The position numbers and the translations under genes were made by a program. From Moniliella sp. 'wahieum' (lineage: Eukaryota), in NCBI GenBank assembly GCA_003971905.1, contig RSEE01000040.1, positions 434,001 to 498,000 of the forward strand: a DNA stretch of 64,000 nucleotides, in the 5' to 3' direction. Positions 27,890-39,839 of this stretch are shown here, piece after piece (positions within the stretch are counted from its first letter, which is position 1; the number at the start of each line of letters is the position of its first letter). The notes below the pieces were generated by a model. The model made no database searches. It saw only the letters and a program-made list of their open reading frames with translations, and had not been told where the DNA came from.

Positions 27890-29400
27890 GGTGAGGTCAC
27901 CGGTGCCAACATGCACCAAGTGTGTAACATGTAACTGGAGGATTTACGAATGCAAATAGGTTCGATGATCGATGATCATCAATCCGTGCAACGTTCTGTT
28001 CAGGCCGATCGATCATTGATGGTCGATCATCAATGCATGCCGCTAAAAGTTCAAAGTTCCACGGGCTGAGGCGCTGAGGCACTAAGGCACTAAGTACTAA
28101 GGCCCAAGATGCGAAGATCCCAAGAGGCCTCGGGCCTCGTACGAAGTGCCGAACTCAGCCTCAGCGCCAAGCAGGCCGAGCTACTAAGCGCTATGCAGGC
28201 AGACCTGCGCTCTACGGTCGAAGGATACATTAATTGGCCGCCATGCTCTCGACGGGCCAACAGGGATGGAAGTTGGAAACGCTAATGAGGCCTTAAGCTG
28301 GCCCAATGCGCTCTTGCCCCGCGCCGATCAGAGCCGTCAGTCTGAGATGAGTGTTGTGAGATGAGTGATGCTAGTGATGTAGCGATGATCTTGTTGGCTG
28401 CTCGCTCGCAGCTGTGCTATTTTCGTGACCGAGGGTCGAGTACACAATTATCAGTCACTAGTCACATGTCACATAGGAACTAGTCAGTCTGTTCCCAACT
28501 GCAATAAGAACAAGTAACAGTCGGGGCTTAGGCTAAGCGCTATAAGCGAGGGAGACCACATGTTGTGCCACCGGGTGGCTCGTGCTTTGGCCAACGTCCC
28601 TTACGTTCCTCCTCAGGCCTAGGAGCTCCGTTGCCTTCTCTCTCTCCTGTTTTCCCTTTTGTTCCGCAGCTTGGCTCCTGGTGGCGACTCGCTACTTGAC
28701 GTTCCTCTGTAGGCGTTGCGGGTTGGCTTTTAGTCTACCACCACCAGTGCGATTGCATCACCCTCGAGGACCATCCGGACTCCAAAGGTCTAATCACACC
28801 GTGGTCCAGTCGTCACACACGGGGGATTGGAAAGATCGTTCGCAGAAGGAAACAAGATATGGAAGACGAGAGGGAAAGAGAGAGAGGGACATATGATTGT
28901 TCTATTCCAAAAGAGAGATCTCAACAGAGGAAGATACAAAGGGAAAAGTATTGGAGAACATGGTCTGGTCACAAATGCTGGCAAGCCGGCGTTCGTTGCA
29001 ATGACGACACAAGAGGCATCAGCAGGGAACAGAGCCATGGGGAAAGGGTAGAGCGAGAGATTTGCATCATTGCCACCAGCAACAGCCGAGCCGCCCTGGG
29101 CCGCTCCGCAGCAATCCACAGCCCGCCCACAGGCCCCCGCCACAGGCAGCCCACCGCATGCCTGTGGCGAATTATAGTTGGCCGCCGATCATTCAGGTCT
29201 TAACGCTTAAACTCGAAATACTGAACGCACCAACTCAGTAGCACAGCGCTGTAGTGCGTCTAGTACTCTCAAAGCTCAGTACGATCTCAGTTGGCAGTAC
29301 TGAACGTACTGAGCTTGCTGGTACTGAACGCGTGAACGTGAACGTTGTACGTTGAACGTTGAACGTTGAACGTTGAACACGTTGAACAGAGTACGTAAAA
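27890..29400. repeat. Two palindromic 7-bp-period island clusters (about 27890-28550 and about 29200-29400)
   Basis: TGATC-GA-TGATC 27966-27977, TAAGT-AC-TAAG 28091-28101, TCACT-AG-TCACA-TG-TCACA 28455-28473, (TGAACGT)3TGAAC 29353-29378. Confidence 0.85.
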
Positions 29401-31216
29401 ACGATGTTCGATGAATCATCGCCGCATCCGAATGTTGGAGACGAATGGCGGGAGCGAGGAAAGATATATATAGGTGCTCGGAATGTGTTGGTACTAGAGT
29501 CTAGTGGGGGCACTCGGGAACCCTACGGGATCAGCTACAAAGCAGCTTTCAGACAAGGCGAGAAGACAAAGGAGTGTGCCTGCCATAGCTTGGCTGAGCG
29601 CTGATTTCGCTCCCATTTTTCCAACGACTTTTTGCCCCGAGCGTATCGCTCTTTTCCTGTTCTTCCGCTTGCTATCACTGATGTCATCTGCTCTTGCTTC
29701 TCCCCCACGAACGATAATCGCTACTGTCACAGTCGGGGCTAAAGCGAGGGAGACCAGAGTCGAGACTAGGCCAAGGAATGTAGCAATTGTTCGCGGGGAA
29801 GAAGCAAGAGCACAGAGGACATGGTGCGAAGCGGGTGAAGTACAGGGAAAAAGGAGCGAGACGTTCGGGACGGAGAAATTGGAAATGGGAGCGAGATCAT
29901 CGATCAGCCAAACTCTGACTGTGTCATGGGAGGGGGGAGTCCCGAGGTGGGACCCACCCCCGTAGCTTAGGGGTACAAACCCATGGGTGGCCAATCGAAG
30001 CCACACGTATGGTTTTCCCGTCTTTGGTTCCTGGTCGAACCGAGCCAGTATATAGGCGAGGTAAGAGAGAGAGACCCTCTAATTTGGGTAGCTGTCTGTG
30101 CGTATGCAAATAAGGCCGAAACATCTTAGACCCTCTCCGCAGACCGGGCAGCATGCGTAATACGTCGTCAAGACTCCGTTGAAGGGGTCCAGATACTAGG
30201 GGGCAACTTGGTAAAAACGCCGGTAAAGGTTACTCGTTACCACACTTGACGCGCTGTATGGTAGGGGGATTCGGAAGACGGAATCCTAATGGAGTGTAAG
30301 CACTACTGAGAGTAACCGTGACTGCCAATGTAACCGATCTGAGTCGTAAATTCGTAAGGGCAGTAGAAGGTGAAAGGGCGAGAGGAGGAGAAAGGAAAAG
30401 GAACAGGTTGGAACAGGCTGGAACAGGGACAGGATGGTCGATATAAAAGACCACAGCTAGCAAGCCTTCAACAGGGCTTGCTTATATACTGAAGGAACCA
30501 AGCCTCAACTACCTCATATAACAGGTATAAATAACAGAATGCGGGGAACTTTCCCGAAAGGTAAAAGACTGATACGCAGCCGGTGCTCTCAACGCCTCCA
30601 CATATATTCGACGACGGACCGATAGACATTGTTGCAAGTGATCCCGGTAGGCGGGGGAGGGAACGCGAGAAAGAACGACACAAGCTGGCCAGCATGCCCA
30701 AAAATATAGGAATAAGCTAGTAAGGAGAGGTGCGCACCAACATGGCGCGCAAGGTCTGCTGATCCTGGGACTTGTGTTGTTTTGATTGATGTGGGGCGGC
30801 GAAGTGCGACAACCTGCGGAGACGACGCCGGCGCTGACGGGTCGATCGTATCGTCCTAACGCCTATATCCCTGGGCTTGATATACTGTGGGAGGGTCGGA
30901 GAGAGGGATGGCTAGTAGGATGCATTCGTTCTTTTCTGTATGAAACGAATAGCGAGACCGATTCGATCATGCGAACCAAGACGCACCGGAGAGAGGCAAA
31001 TGAGTAATGAGTCCGTAGGCTGCACAATCATGCCCGGGTACGAAAGGAAATGGAGATGCTACATTGGGATAATAAGTACAGCAACAGCACGTAACCTCTT
31101 CGGTTAAGCCAGTCCAAAGCAAAATCCAGAAAAACGGAGTCCCATGCAAGGCGGGGGTGGTGATACGCAACACGCCTCCCCAACTTGCACTCCATAACCG
31201 CGAGGATCGAATCAAT

Positions 31217-33740
31217 TCACTGCGCCGTGCCTACATTTTCCGCGGGCACGGCCGCAACTCCATCAACCTCGCCATTGTCCAGATACGCCGAGATCACATC
31301 AAACGACTCGGGAGCTCGCTGGGCGGGCGGGAGAAGAGGCTGCCCCGACAAGAGAGACGATACCGGTTCCGAGGGAGAGCGTAGGTGCGTCTCTTCCCTG
31401 ATTGAGATGCTGTCCTCAGGCTGAGAAAGGGTGTATGCATGCGGAGCCCGCGGTCGGGAGAGGGGAGTAACGGGGCGGGAGGCGTGGGGCAGAGGGAGAG
31501 CGGCGGGCGGAATGGCAGGACAAGGGAGAATGTGAAGGACGGGTCGGTGTGGTGAATGAACTGGTGGTAGCTTGAACGGCCGATGGGGGTCGGCATGCCG
31601 AGGTCGAGAACTGATATTGCGTTGGGATGGGGAGGGAGGCGGTGGCCTGCATCCTTTTGCCTTGGGCGTCAGCACGTGCTGCTGGCCTTCTGAGTCAGAT
31701 TCATCCGATAGACCCAAAGCCAAACTCCGCACCGTCTCTCCAGGGCCAACGCACCAGAGGAGAAGGAGGCACCAGAGGAGGAGGTACCACTGCTGGGGCG
31801 CGGCGCAGACAGAGGCTGAAGAGAGCTCATGGGGCTCTCTGAACACTCGTCCCCCGGAGTGAAGGGAACGGAGCGAACGGGGAAAGGAGGAGAGGGTAAC
31901 TGGCTGCTGTCGTGGATACCGAGGTCCCTACTTTCGACCACGTCCAAGGAGTTGTACGAGTACTCCCCTAGAGGACTGTGGGTGATACTAGGGCTGTCTA
32001 CACTCCCTCTCTGGCTCGAATTGATCCAGGGACGGGACGGGTAGGACAGTGGCGAACCGTATGGCGACATGCACGCCCCCAATCGGCCAGGCAGCTCCGC
32101 TTCGTCCGCCGTCATGACAAGTGACGTCCCCGTGCTGCTTCCCGAAAGAGAGTGAGCGTGCCCCTTCTCGTGGGCACGGGGCTTGCGTGGGCTGTCCTCA
32201 ACGTAACTGGAGTTGAGGTGACGGAAAATCAGCGGCCGCACTTCCGTTTGCGATGAAGACGACGGTATGGGCGAGGAGGACTGCATTGACCTGAACGATA
32301 GATCCGTTGATGAAGCCGAAGGATGGTACGGGTGAACCAAGGGCAAAGGGGAACAGGGAAATGGGACGGGCGAAGACCCCTCACTCACTTTCAGTGAAGT
32401 GCCAAACACCGGCGTTTCTTCGTCATCTGATGGTGTCACCTGAGAGCGGGGGAAGACAAAGCTCATTTCTGGCCGAGGATTGGCGCTCTGGGCCTTGCGC
32501 ATGGGGTACCCCATCCACTCCCTCGCTCCATACATCCCCACAGGCCGCGCCTGGGACCGGTGGGAAAGCGGGGAGCGGGATCTCGTGCAGCGGATGGGAA
32601 GCTCGACAAGTAATCAGCCGAGTGGGCGAGGCGCATCGTGCGCGACGTCCCAGTCGGGAGATGAGGTGTCTGCGCGCTGTCGGCCGTCTCCACAGATGAA
32701 AAAGGGTCATGCTTTAGCCGGGACGAGGGCGAGCGCAGGGTGCTGTTTTTGGTAACGTGGCTTAGGTTGGGCATGCTGCGCTTCTGCTTCATATGAGCAA
32801 TAGGCCGGCGGCCAAGATCGTCGGCCGTAACAGCGCTCTTAGCGGATGTATGTGGGATGTCATTCGAGAGCGGGAGGAACGTTCAGAGCCATCGCGGCGC
32901 ATGGTGAGGTAGTGGAATACGCCATCGAGCATGCCCTGCCGTTCCTTGGTGGCGGGCGTAGAGGGCTTGCGTGCCCATTCTTCCTTGGGCGTAGAAGTAC
33001 CTGACTGGCTGGGGGATAAGGCCATAGATAAGGTGCCTGGAAAACTGGACCCATCCTTGGCTGGCCAAGGCAAATCGCGTGTCGATGACGATGGCGTAGG
33101 GGGTTGAGACTCTAAAATGTCCATTTGACGATCAAATTCGCTCGCGCCCGCACACTCGAAAGAATCGCCGGAATCGCGTCGTTCAATCACCGTGTCATTG
33201 GAAGCCAATCGGACCCCAGTCCCAGCCTTGGATCGAGCGAGGCGCTGGAACCACTGCGCGGACTTGCCCTGGGATGCTCCCATTGGCGCAGTGCGCGAAG
33301 TTCCAGGCAACGAATCCAACTCGGGCCGGTGCAGCAGCTGAGGTGAACCAGGGGCGGGGGAGAGTGTGTCGGAAGCGACGGCGCGGCGCCCTCCTGCTGG
33401 AGGGCCAACAAAGCGCGCATCGACTCGACACTGCTTTTGCTTCGACTGCGGCGCCCTGGAGTGGCAAAGATAGACTGACAGCACGGTTAGTCTTTGATCT
33501 GGCAAGGAGAGGCATGCGAAGGGCGGGGGAGGAGGACACACGGGAGGAGGTTTGGGCACCTTTCCGCTGAACTTGCGAACCCGGGCAAACGTGTGCTCGA
33601 TGGGATCGGGAAGAGGCGGCGAGTAAGGTTGGGCGGGTGAGGAAGGAGCGGGGGGGGTAGCAGAGTGGGCAGGCGGTAAATGCTTCCTGAAGTGTGCCGG
33701 AGAAGAAAAGGGCAAGGGGGGGTCGGGCGTCATGACGGAG
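31217..33740 (-). CDS. Hypothetical Ser/Pro-rich protein (possible start MGASQGK at about 33283)
   Basis: Chain of minus-strand ORFs (32789-33733, 32423-32792, 31669-32541, 31217-31846) with continuous low-complexity coding character; no domain recognised. Confidence 0.55.
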
Positions 33741-34289
33741 GAAGAGCAGTGCGAGGATTAGAGGGATGGGGGGGGATGCGAAACGAGCAAGATGGATATG
33801 GGCGCAGGGTTTGCACTGCAACACCACTGAGGCGAGATGGTAATAGCGCTACGGGCGCTGCGGTAGCTGGGTAAGGGTGGGGGCGCCACGGCTAGCAGCA
33901 CGCTTGGGACGCCATTTGGGGAGGGGCAAGGCGAAGACGAAAGGTATGAATGAGACACTGGAGCGGGAGCGGAAGATGAAGGCAGGTGGTGGAGTGGCAA
34001 TGTGGTGGATGCGGACGGGACGGATGGGCGGCACTGCGGGAGAAGAAAGATGTTTGCTGAACGGGGCGCGTTGAGGACGAGATGGCGCTGCCGCAGAAGA
34101 GAGAGCGGGTGGTGCAGTGGGCGCGTTGCCCAGCGAAGCAAGCGGGAGGGGCAGGGGGAGGGAGAGACGGGTGGCGGCGTAGAGCGCCCAGGGGGTCGTG
34201 GGGGCAAACGGAGACGCTTTTGGCCAGAGACGGGCGGGGCGGTCAGCTCGGCCACGGTGCATGGCCCGCCGGCTTTGGAGACGGTGTCC

Positions 34290-35420
34290 AGTACCTAGTA
34301 CTGAGTGATATCGAGCATGAGTACCGAGTACTGAGTAACTGAGTACGTTGTTAGTCAGACTTGTCCTCAGGCCTCGGCTAAGGCGCTGAGGCCTCCTTCT
34401 CCTATGAAGGACCCCAAGGTTGCTGGAAAAGTCTTACACCAATTAAGGCCTCAGACAGAGGGACTGGCCAGCCGAGTGCTCCAGCAGCCCGCGCCGTTCC
34501 TCGCCCCACCGAGATCCAGAGCTGGTGCATGGGGGACGTGCGCTGCGACGATGCAAGGTGGAGGGCCGGCCGCAGACCTCAGACGCAGCGCCTCAGTACT
34601 CAGTCCCCCTGGTTTCCCACACGAGATCATGGATCCGAGATCACATGCATCTCACATCGCGGATCGGTCAGATCGCAGAGGGTCTCCCGTCTTCATCCAT
34701 CCCATCATCCACCCCACGCATCACCCATCCCACCCCATCCCACCCCATCCCACCCACATCTCCGCTGCCGCAACGCCTCAGCCACCATCGTCACGCGTCA
34801 CGCCCACGCCCTCAGGCTTCGGGTCTGAGGCCACAGGAACGCAACTCCTCAGGGCGGGCTGTGCGCAGGCCCCGCTGCCGCCGCCAGACTGCCGCATGTG
34901 TGTTGCATCACATTCACGTCTTCACAGCTCAGACGCTCCGACACTCGACGCTCCGACGCTCCGACGCTCAGCGCTCAGACTGAGCCCCTGTTGGCAACCC
35001 CTAGCGTCCCCTAAGGCCCATTATGCATTATGCATTACCGGTTACCGGTTACCGGCCTTACCACCACCCCTACCCTGAGGCCCCTGAGGCCAGTCCCCGT
35101 CTCTACAGTGGTTTTTTCATGCTACTTGTAGAAACGTCGTCTACCGGTCACCGGTCACCGAACTCTCCATCATGCATCGTGCATCATCGATCATCGACCA
35201 TTTATCATGCATCATGGATCATCGATCATTTCGATCGATCCAATTATTGGCGATGTGCCCGGTGATCCTATGCAATAGTCATTAGTCACAAGTCACTAGT
35301 AGGCACCAGCCAAGCTTGAAGCTTGAGCTTGAAACTTGAAGCTCCAACTTGATGTTCAAGCTTGAGAATCTGAGGTCTGAGAGCATGCGTACTCAGGTAC
35401 TCAACTTGAGTAAGTCGCCT
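34290..35420. repeat. Large palindromic micro-repeat island
   Basis: AGTACTG run 34305-34347, (CGACGCTC)-like 8-mer run about 34930-34980, TTATGCA x2 + TTACCGG x3 at 35021-35055, TCACC-GG-TCACC about 35148, ATCGAT/ATGCAT run 35169-35242, AAGCTTG run 35311-35365. Confidence 0.85.
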
Positions 35421-37099
35421 GCCGGCAGTCGAGTGAGTCCCTTGAGTGGCTGGCGGTGTGAGTCGGTGGTCGGTGGATGTGATGGTGGTTGGTGGCCGGT
35501 GGCCGGTGGAAGCCTCCCAGACAAGGGTATTAGGGTGATTGATGCCGTTTTCTCTTCAGAAGGTTGGGTGGCCTTGTGTGGTTCGTTGCACTTACCGCGT
35601 CTCATCGACATCGATCATTTGCCAAAAGCACTATAAAAATCTTGATGCATTAATGATGTCCGAAGCAAAGCTTCACCAAAAAGGTTTCGGAAGTAGCAGT
35701 GGAACAGCGTGGCACATCCTCTCCTGCACTTTCGGTGGTCTAGACGGTGGGCTGTGGAAACGGTGGGCCATGGGCGGCTTGAAATTAATGAAAGCAGAAA
35801 CCTTAATTGTTTCGCCAACCCGTTCTTGCAAGCAGCTATCCCACTGTCAAAAGGCTATCCCCCGCCATTCCCTGCCACTGCCCCCCCCCCCCTCAGCCTC
35901 AGGGTCTCACCTCTTCCCTGCGTTCCTGCCCTATACGCTCTGCTGCCCTTTTTTTTTTTTAGCTCCGTCGACCATCCCTCTAACTTGTCCTTTCACTTTC
36001 AGACCCCGCCCTTCTCTTCCACCTCTTCTCCGTTCTGGTAATCATCGCCTGACACTGAAAATGGCAACCAATTCAAGCCTGCTTTGATACGCTGTTACAT
36101 GGTGTTACATGGCACCCGAAGAGGGGAGATCAAAAAAACATCCATGTGCTAGTTAGTGTACGGCGCAACAGGCTGTTGTGAGGGGGACTGCCCTAGTTGG
36201 ACGTTTGTTTTTATGTAATCCCCCCTATCCACATGTTCGACACCCAAAAGCCGACAGCAAAGGTCACCGGCGACGGAACTCTATCCTATGTATGCACATT
36301 TGCATCCTTCTCGTGTGGTGCGAGGCCCGCCGGCCCACATGCACCATCACTATTATGATCACTTGGGAAATCAGTAACGAGATAGTTAGTATATAGTCTG
36401 GAGACGGATTCAATGCGTCTTGCATCAGTATAGGGCGTGGGGTGAGCGTATGTGACGTTTTATATATGCCACATCTTCATAATAGATGGAAAAAGGAAGG
36501 GACCACGAGTTGTTTCTCGTTTACTTTCGTTCGCCTTGCTAGCTCCCGCCCTTCCACTCTGATATCTATACTACTTTTTCTACTCGCCGCGTCTTCTTCA
36601 CCTTAAAAAATGCCCGTTTCTCCCATGAGTGCCCATTGTGAGGTTCACGCCGCTCACCCTACCCTATGAGTGCTTCTGTGGGTCTGCGGCCGCGTTTTTA
36701 CCCAGAGACTAGGAGGGGGGAGGTGCACCGTCTATATGGAGAAAACAGAACAGGCCCGATCTTCAATACTTACTATCTGCCGCCTCATATCCACTTCCAA
36801 TCCCCAAGGTAATGATCAATGAAGTGAGTAGCATTGAGCGGCTGAAAAATCTCTAAGGAAGCACAAAGGCTATGGTGCCCTCTTCAGTGAGGGCCGCATT
36901 ATAATAGGCCAGATGTATAGATGGGGTTGCACGTTCCGAGTCCGTTGCGTGAGTACCAGAGAAGAGGCCCGTGAACTTCAAGATGCGGGAGAAAGATGAA
37001 AGAAACAGGGATGCCACAAATAACAAACTTTACCCTCCTCCTGCGGAGGGCACAGGTACATGTACAAAGAAATGAAGGTGAGGTACCTCCCATGATCAG

Positions 37100-38705
37100 G
37101 AGAGGAAAGCGATAGACAGGTGGAAAGGTGATGTTGGAGGGCACGGGGCAAATGGGGAAGGAGGTTGTGGGCATAGCGTAAGACAGGGGAGCCAAAAGGA
37201 ACCAGAAAGAGAGGAAGGGAGTGACAGAGTGGCCCGGGATCCAAGCGGAGGGGCCCAACACTCCTGATGCAGGTGACTGGGAGCGGCGAAGCTACTACTC
37301 ATTCCAATTAAACCGCCGTTTGGAGTGGACGTGCGGGGAGCGAATGAACGAGCTGGAGCTTTTGGATGAGGGGGCATGGGAAGGGAGGAAAGGCCGGAGA
37401 GGAAGGAGGAGGGCGGCTTGGGGGAGGTGGCCGAGGAGGTGGTGGTGATGGTATCGGGGGGAGACGGGGGAGAATGTGGGTTGGGATCCTCGTACTCCCC
37501 TAGAATGGCCAACAGTCCCGCTTCGTCCCTGGAAGGAGGATAAACATCCTCGCTCTCATCACCTGCAACGATTTCCTCCATCCGCATGACATGTTCCATG
37601 TCACTAATGCCAGCATCCGAGATATCTCTCTCTTCAAACGAACTCTTTGCTTTTTTTCCCCATCCTCCACTCCCCAAAACGGAGCGGGAAGCGGGGCAGA
37701 GTGGGCAGAGGTAAAGTGGCCAGAAGATGGGTCAGGGGAAGTGGCATGGGAATCAGCCTCCTCATTGGTTGTTGCCAAGGGGGTTTGAGGAAGAGGGGCA
37801 GCGGGTAGCACAGGAGGAGGGGCAGACGTCCGCTCCGCACTGAGGGGGCCAAAAGCCCATTTGCCATCATCACCTTCGACCGTCCGGTGTTTGTCTTGGC
37901 TGTCTTGCCTGTGCGCCCTGTGCGTCCGGTTCGAGTAGAGCGCCACTCTTCGTCCTCGGCCTCGCTGATGCGAGAGAGATGGGTGGCGGCCGAGGTGGAA
38001 AAGCGTCTTTGGAACGCTTCCAACATCGCAAGCTCGTCCCCGTCCTCGTTCTGCTCGGCGTCGTTGGAAAAGGCGGTGAGACCGTCGACCCTAAGCTCGG
38101 TATACTCCATGTCCCCTCGTCCAAGCTGGAAGAGGCGACAGGGGGAGGGGGGTCTCGACGGGGGGAAGACGTTGAACATGAACACTCCGGTGGGCCGTAC
38201 TCGAGCTCGAGATAGCGGTCGCTTGTGCGTCTGTCTCGCTCTCGTTGGCTAGTTGGGATTGCCGGCCAGGGCGGAAGGGGGAGGAAGCTGCGGCCTCTTT
38301 GGCTCGTGTCCAGGCGGCCCAGGCGGCAGCCTCGCGCCGTTGGACCCTCTTTCGCCAAATAAACCACCAAGCCGCAACCATGAGAAGGATGAGAACGAGT
38401 CCGCCGACGCCGCCTCCAACTCCACCCGCAACAGGGGAGGAGCTGTTGGAAGAAGAGCCACTGCCTGGCTCCACTTGACAGTGGTTCGAGGGACAGGAGC
38501 GCCCACAGCTCATGGCGACCAGCGTCTGTACACAGGTTTGCCTCTTGGGGCAGAGAGAAAGGCAGGGGGGGGTAGAGCGTCAGGTCACACGAACAGCTGG
38601 CCCCTCGGGGCTGCAGACCGGTAAAAGAGCCGGCTGACTGGTGGAAGCGGGGAAGACGGGAGGGGAAGTGGGCTGTGGGCTCAAGGCATGCATGCCACCC
38701 AGCAT
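37100..38705 (-). CDS. Opy2-like single-pass membrane anchor
   Basis: Stitched 8-Cys ectodomain ASCSCDL..PCLSLCPKRQTCVQTLVAMSCGRSCPSNHCQ, then TM AGGVGGGVGGLVLILLMVAAWWFIW-RKR and a long acidic/Ser-rich cytoplasmic tail. 3' end uncertain. Confidence 0.6.
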
Positions 38706-39137
38706 GGCGAGGGAAGGGTCGGGGGGAAGATGCACATTGGGCGTGCTGGGGGGCGAGGAGGTGGGAGAAGCGGGGGGGCGGGGAATGGGCTGGCTGGGGA
38801 GACCCCGTGAGGGAGGGTGCATGGGCCAGATGGGGGTGGCGCTGGTGTGGGTGGTGCGCGAAGGGGGCGAAACGCAGCGAGGGTGTAGTGTGGTTGATGC
38901 AGCGCGTCGAGTGCCCTATGCACCGAGCCCAGACAGGGCAAGACGCGAGGCGGGCAGGGAGAAGAACAGGCGCCGGGGGTGTGGGATGGCGGGGGCCGAG
39001 TGACCTAGTCCCGCGAAGAGTTGCCGGAAAAGAGAGAGAGGGCTGCGCATGTGCACGATGCATGATGGAGATGATGCATGATCGCACCTCTTGCCTGCCA
39101 GGCGAAGAGGCACTGAACACGCCTCCTCACAGTGCCG

Positions 39138-39700
39138 CTGCATCCAGCCTGCATCCAGCCTGCATCCACCCTGCATCCACCCTGCATCCTGCCGGGACTG
39201 GGGACTCGGACGCAGTGCTGATGCGCTGCCAGGCGCGGCACTGGCGCTGCCTGCTCGGCCTGCTCCGCCCCCCCGGCCGGCCAGGCACCTCCAGGCACCT
39301 CCAGGCACCACCTGGCACCAGCCACCTCAGGCAGCCGCATGCATCATGTTAGCAAGGCGCCACTGTGCACCGCGGCTGTCCAGGGTCCGTCCGCGCCCAC
39401 TGTGGGGCAGTGCCGGCGGTGCTGCGCACGTTTGCCGGCAATGGTAAATCATGTCCCAGATACGGCGCAGTTTGTGTGTGCATGTGAATATTGAATGCAC
39501 GAATGAGTGACCGCTGATTTGATCCAGGCTCCCGTCCCCTGGTCACGGCGAGGGGGCGGGCGTACCAGGGCATACCCTGGCATACCTGCCGTACCGGTTC
39601 GCAGCAAAGCTATATACTTGGTTCAGTGTTCAACTGGAGACCTGTACTATGTGCGAGGCGGCCCCGTTCCGCCTCTGTTCCGCCCCTGTTCCGCTCCTTC
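39138..39700. repeat. Cluster of short minisatellites
   Basis: (CTGCATCCASC)-like 11-mer x5 at 39138-39192; CCAGGCACCT 10-mer about x3-4 at 39281-39330; (CTGTTCCGCCC)-like 11-mer x3 at about 39665-39700. Confidence 0.8.
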
Positions 39701-39839
39701 CTGTTGCCCCTCCGGGCTGCCTTCCCCTGACTGCATCACACGATCCCCTTTGCCTTGCTTGCTCGCCTCCCTACAACTATACAGCAGGTCCGCGTCCCTC
39801 CCGATGAGGACCGGCGGGGAAAGCATAATATATGGCACC

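Noticed and set aside
29494..30006. Minus-strand ORF with one hydrophobic stretch
   Set aside because: No ATG start, domain or splice support; cannot be distinguished from non-coding sequence
36808..36850. Box C/D snoRNA-like motifs
   Set aside because: The C box is imperfect and too close to the CTGA, and there is no terminal stem
39785..39835. Hammerhead or HDV-like ribozyme at the retroelement 5' side (ggtcc...cgatgaggacc...gaaa)
   Set aside because: The core reads CCGATGA rather than CTGATGA, and I could not build the required stems
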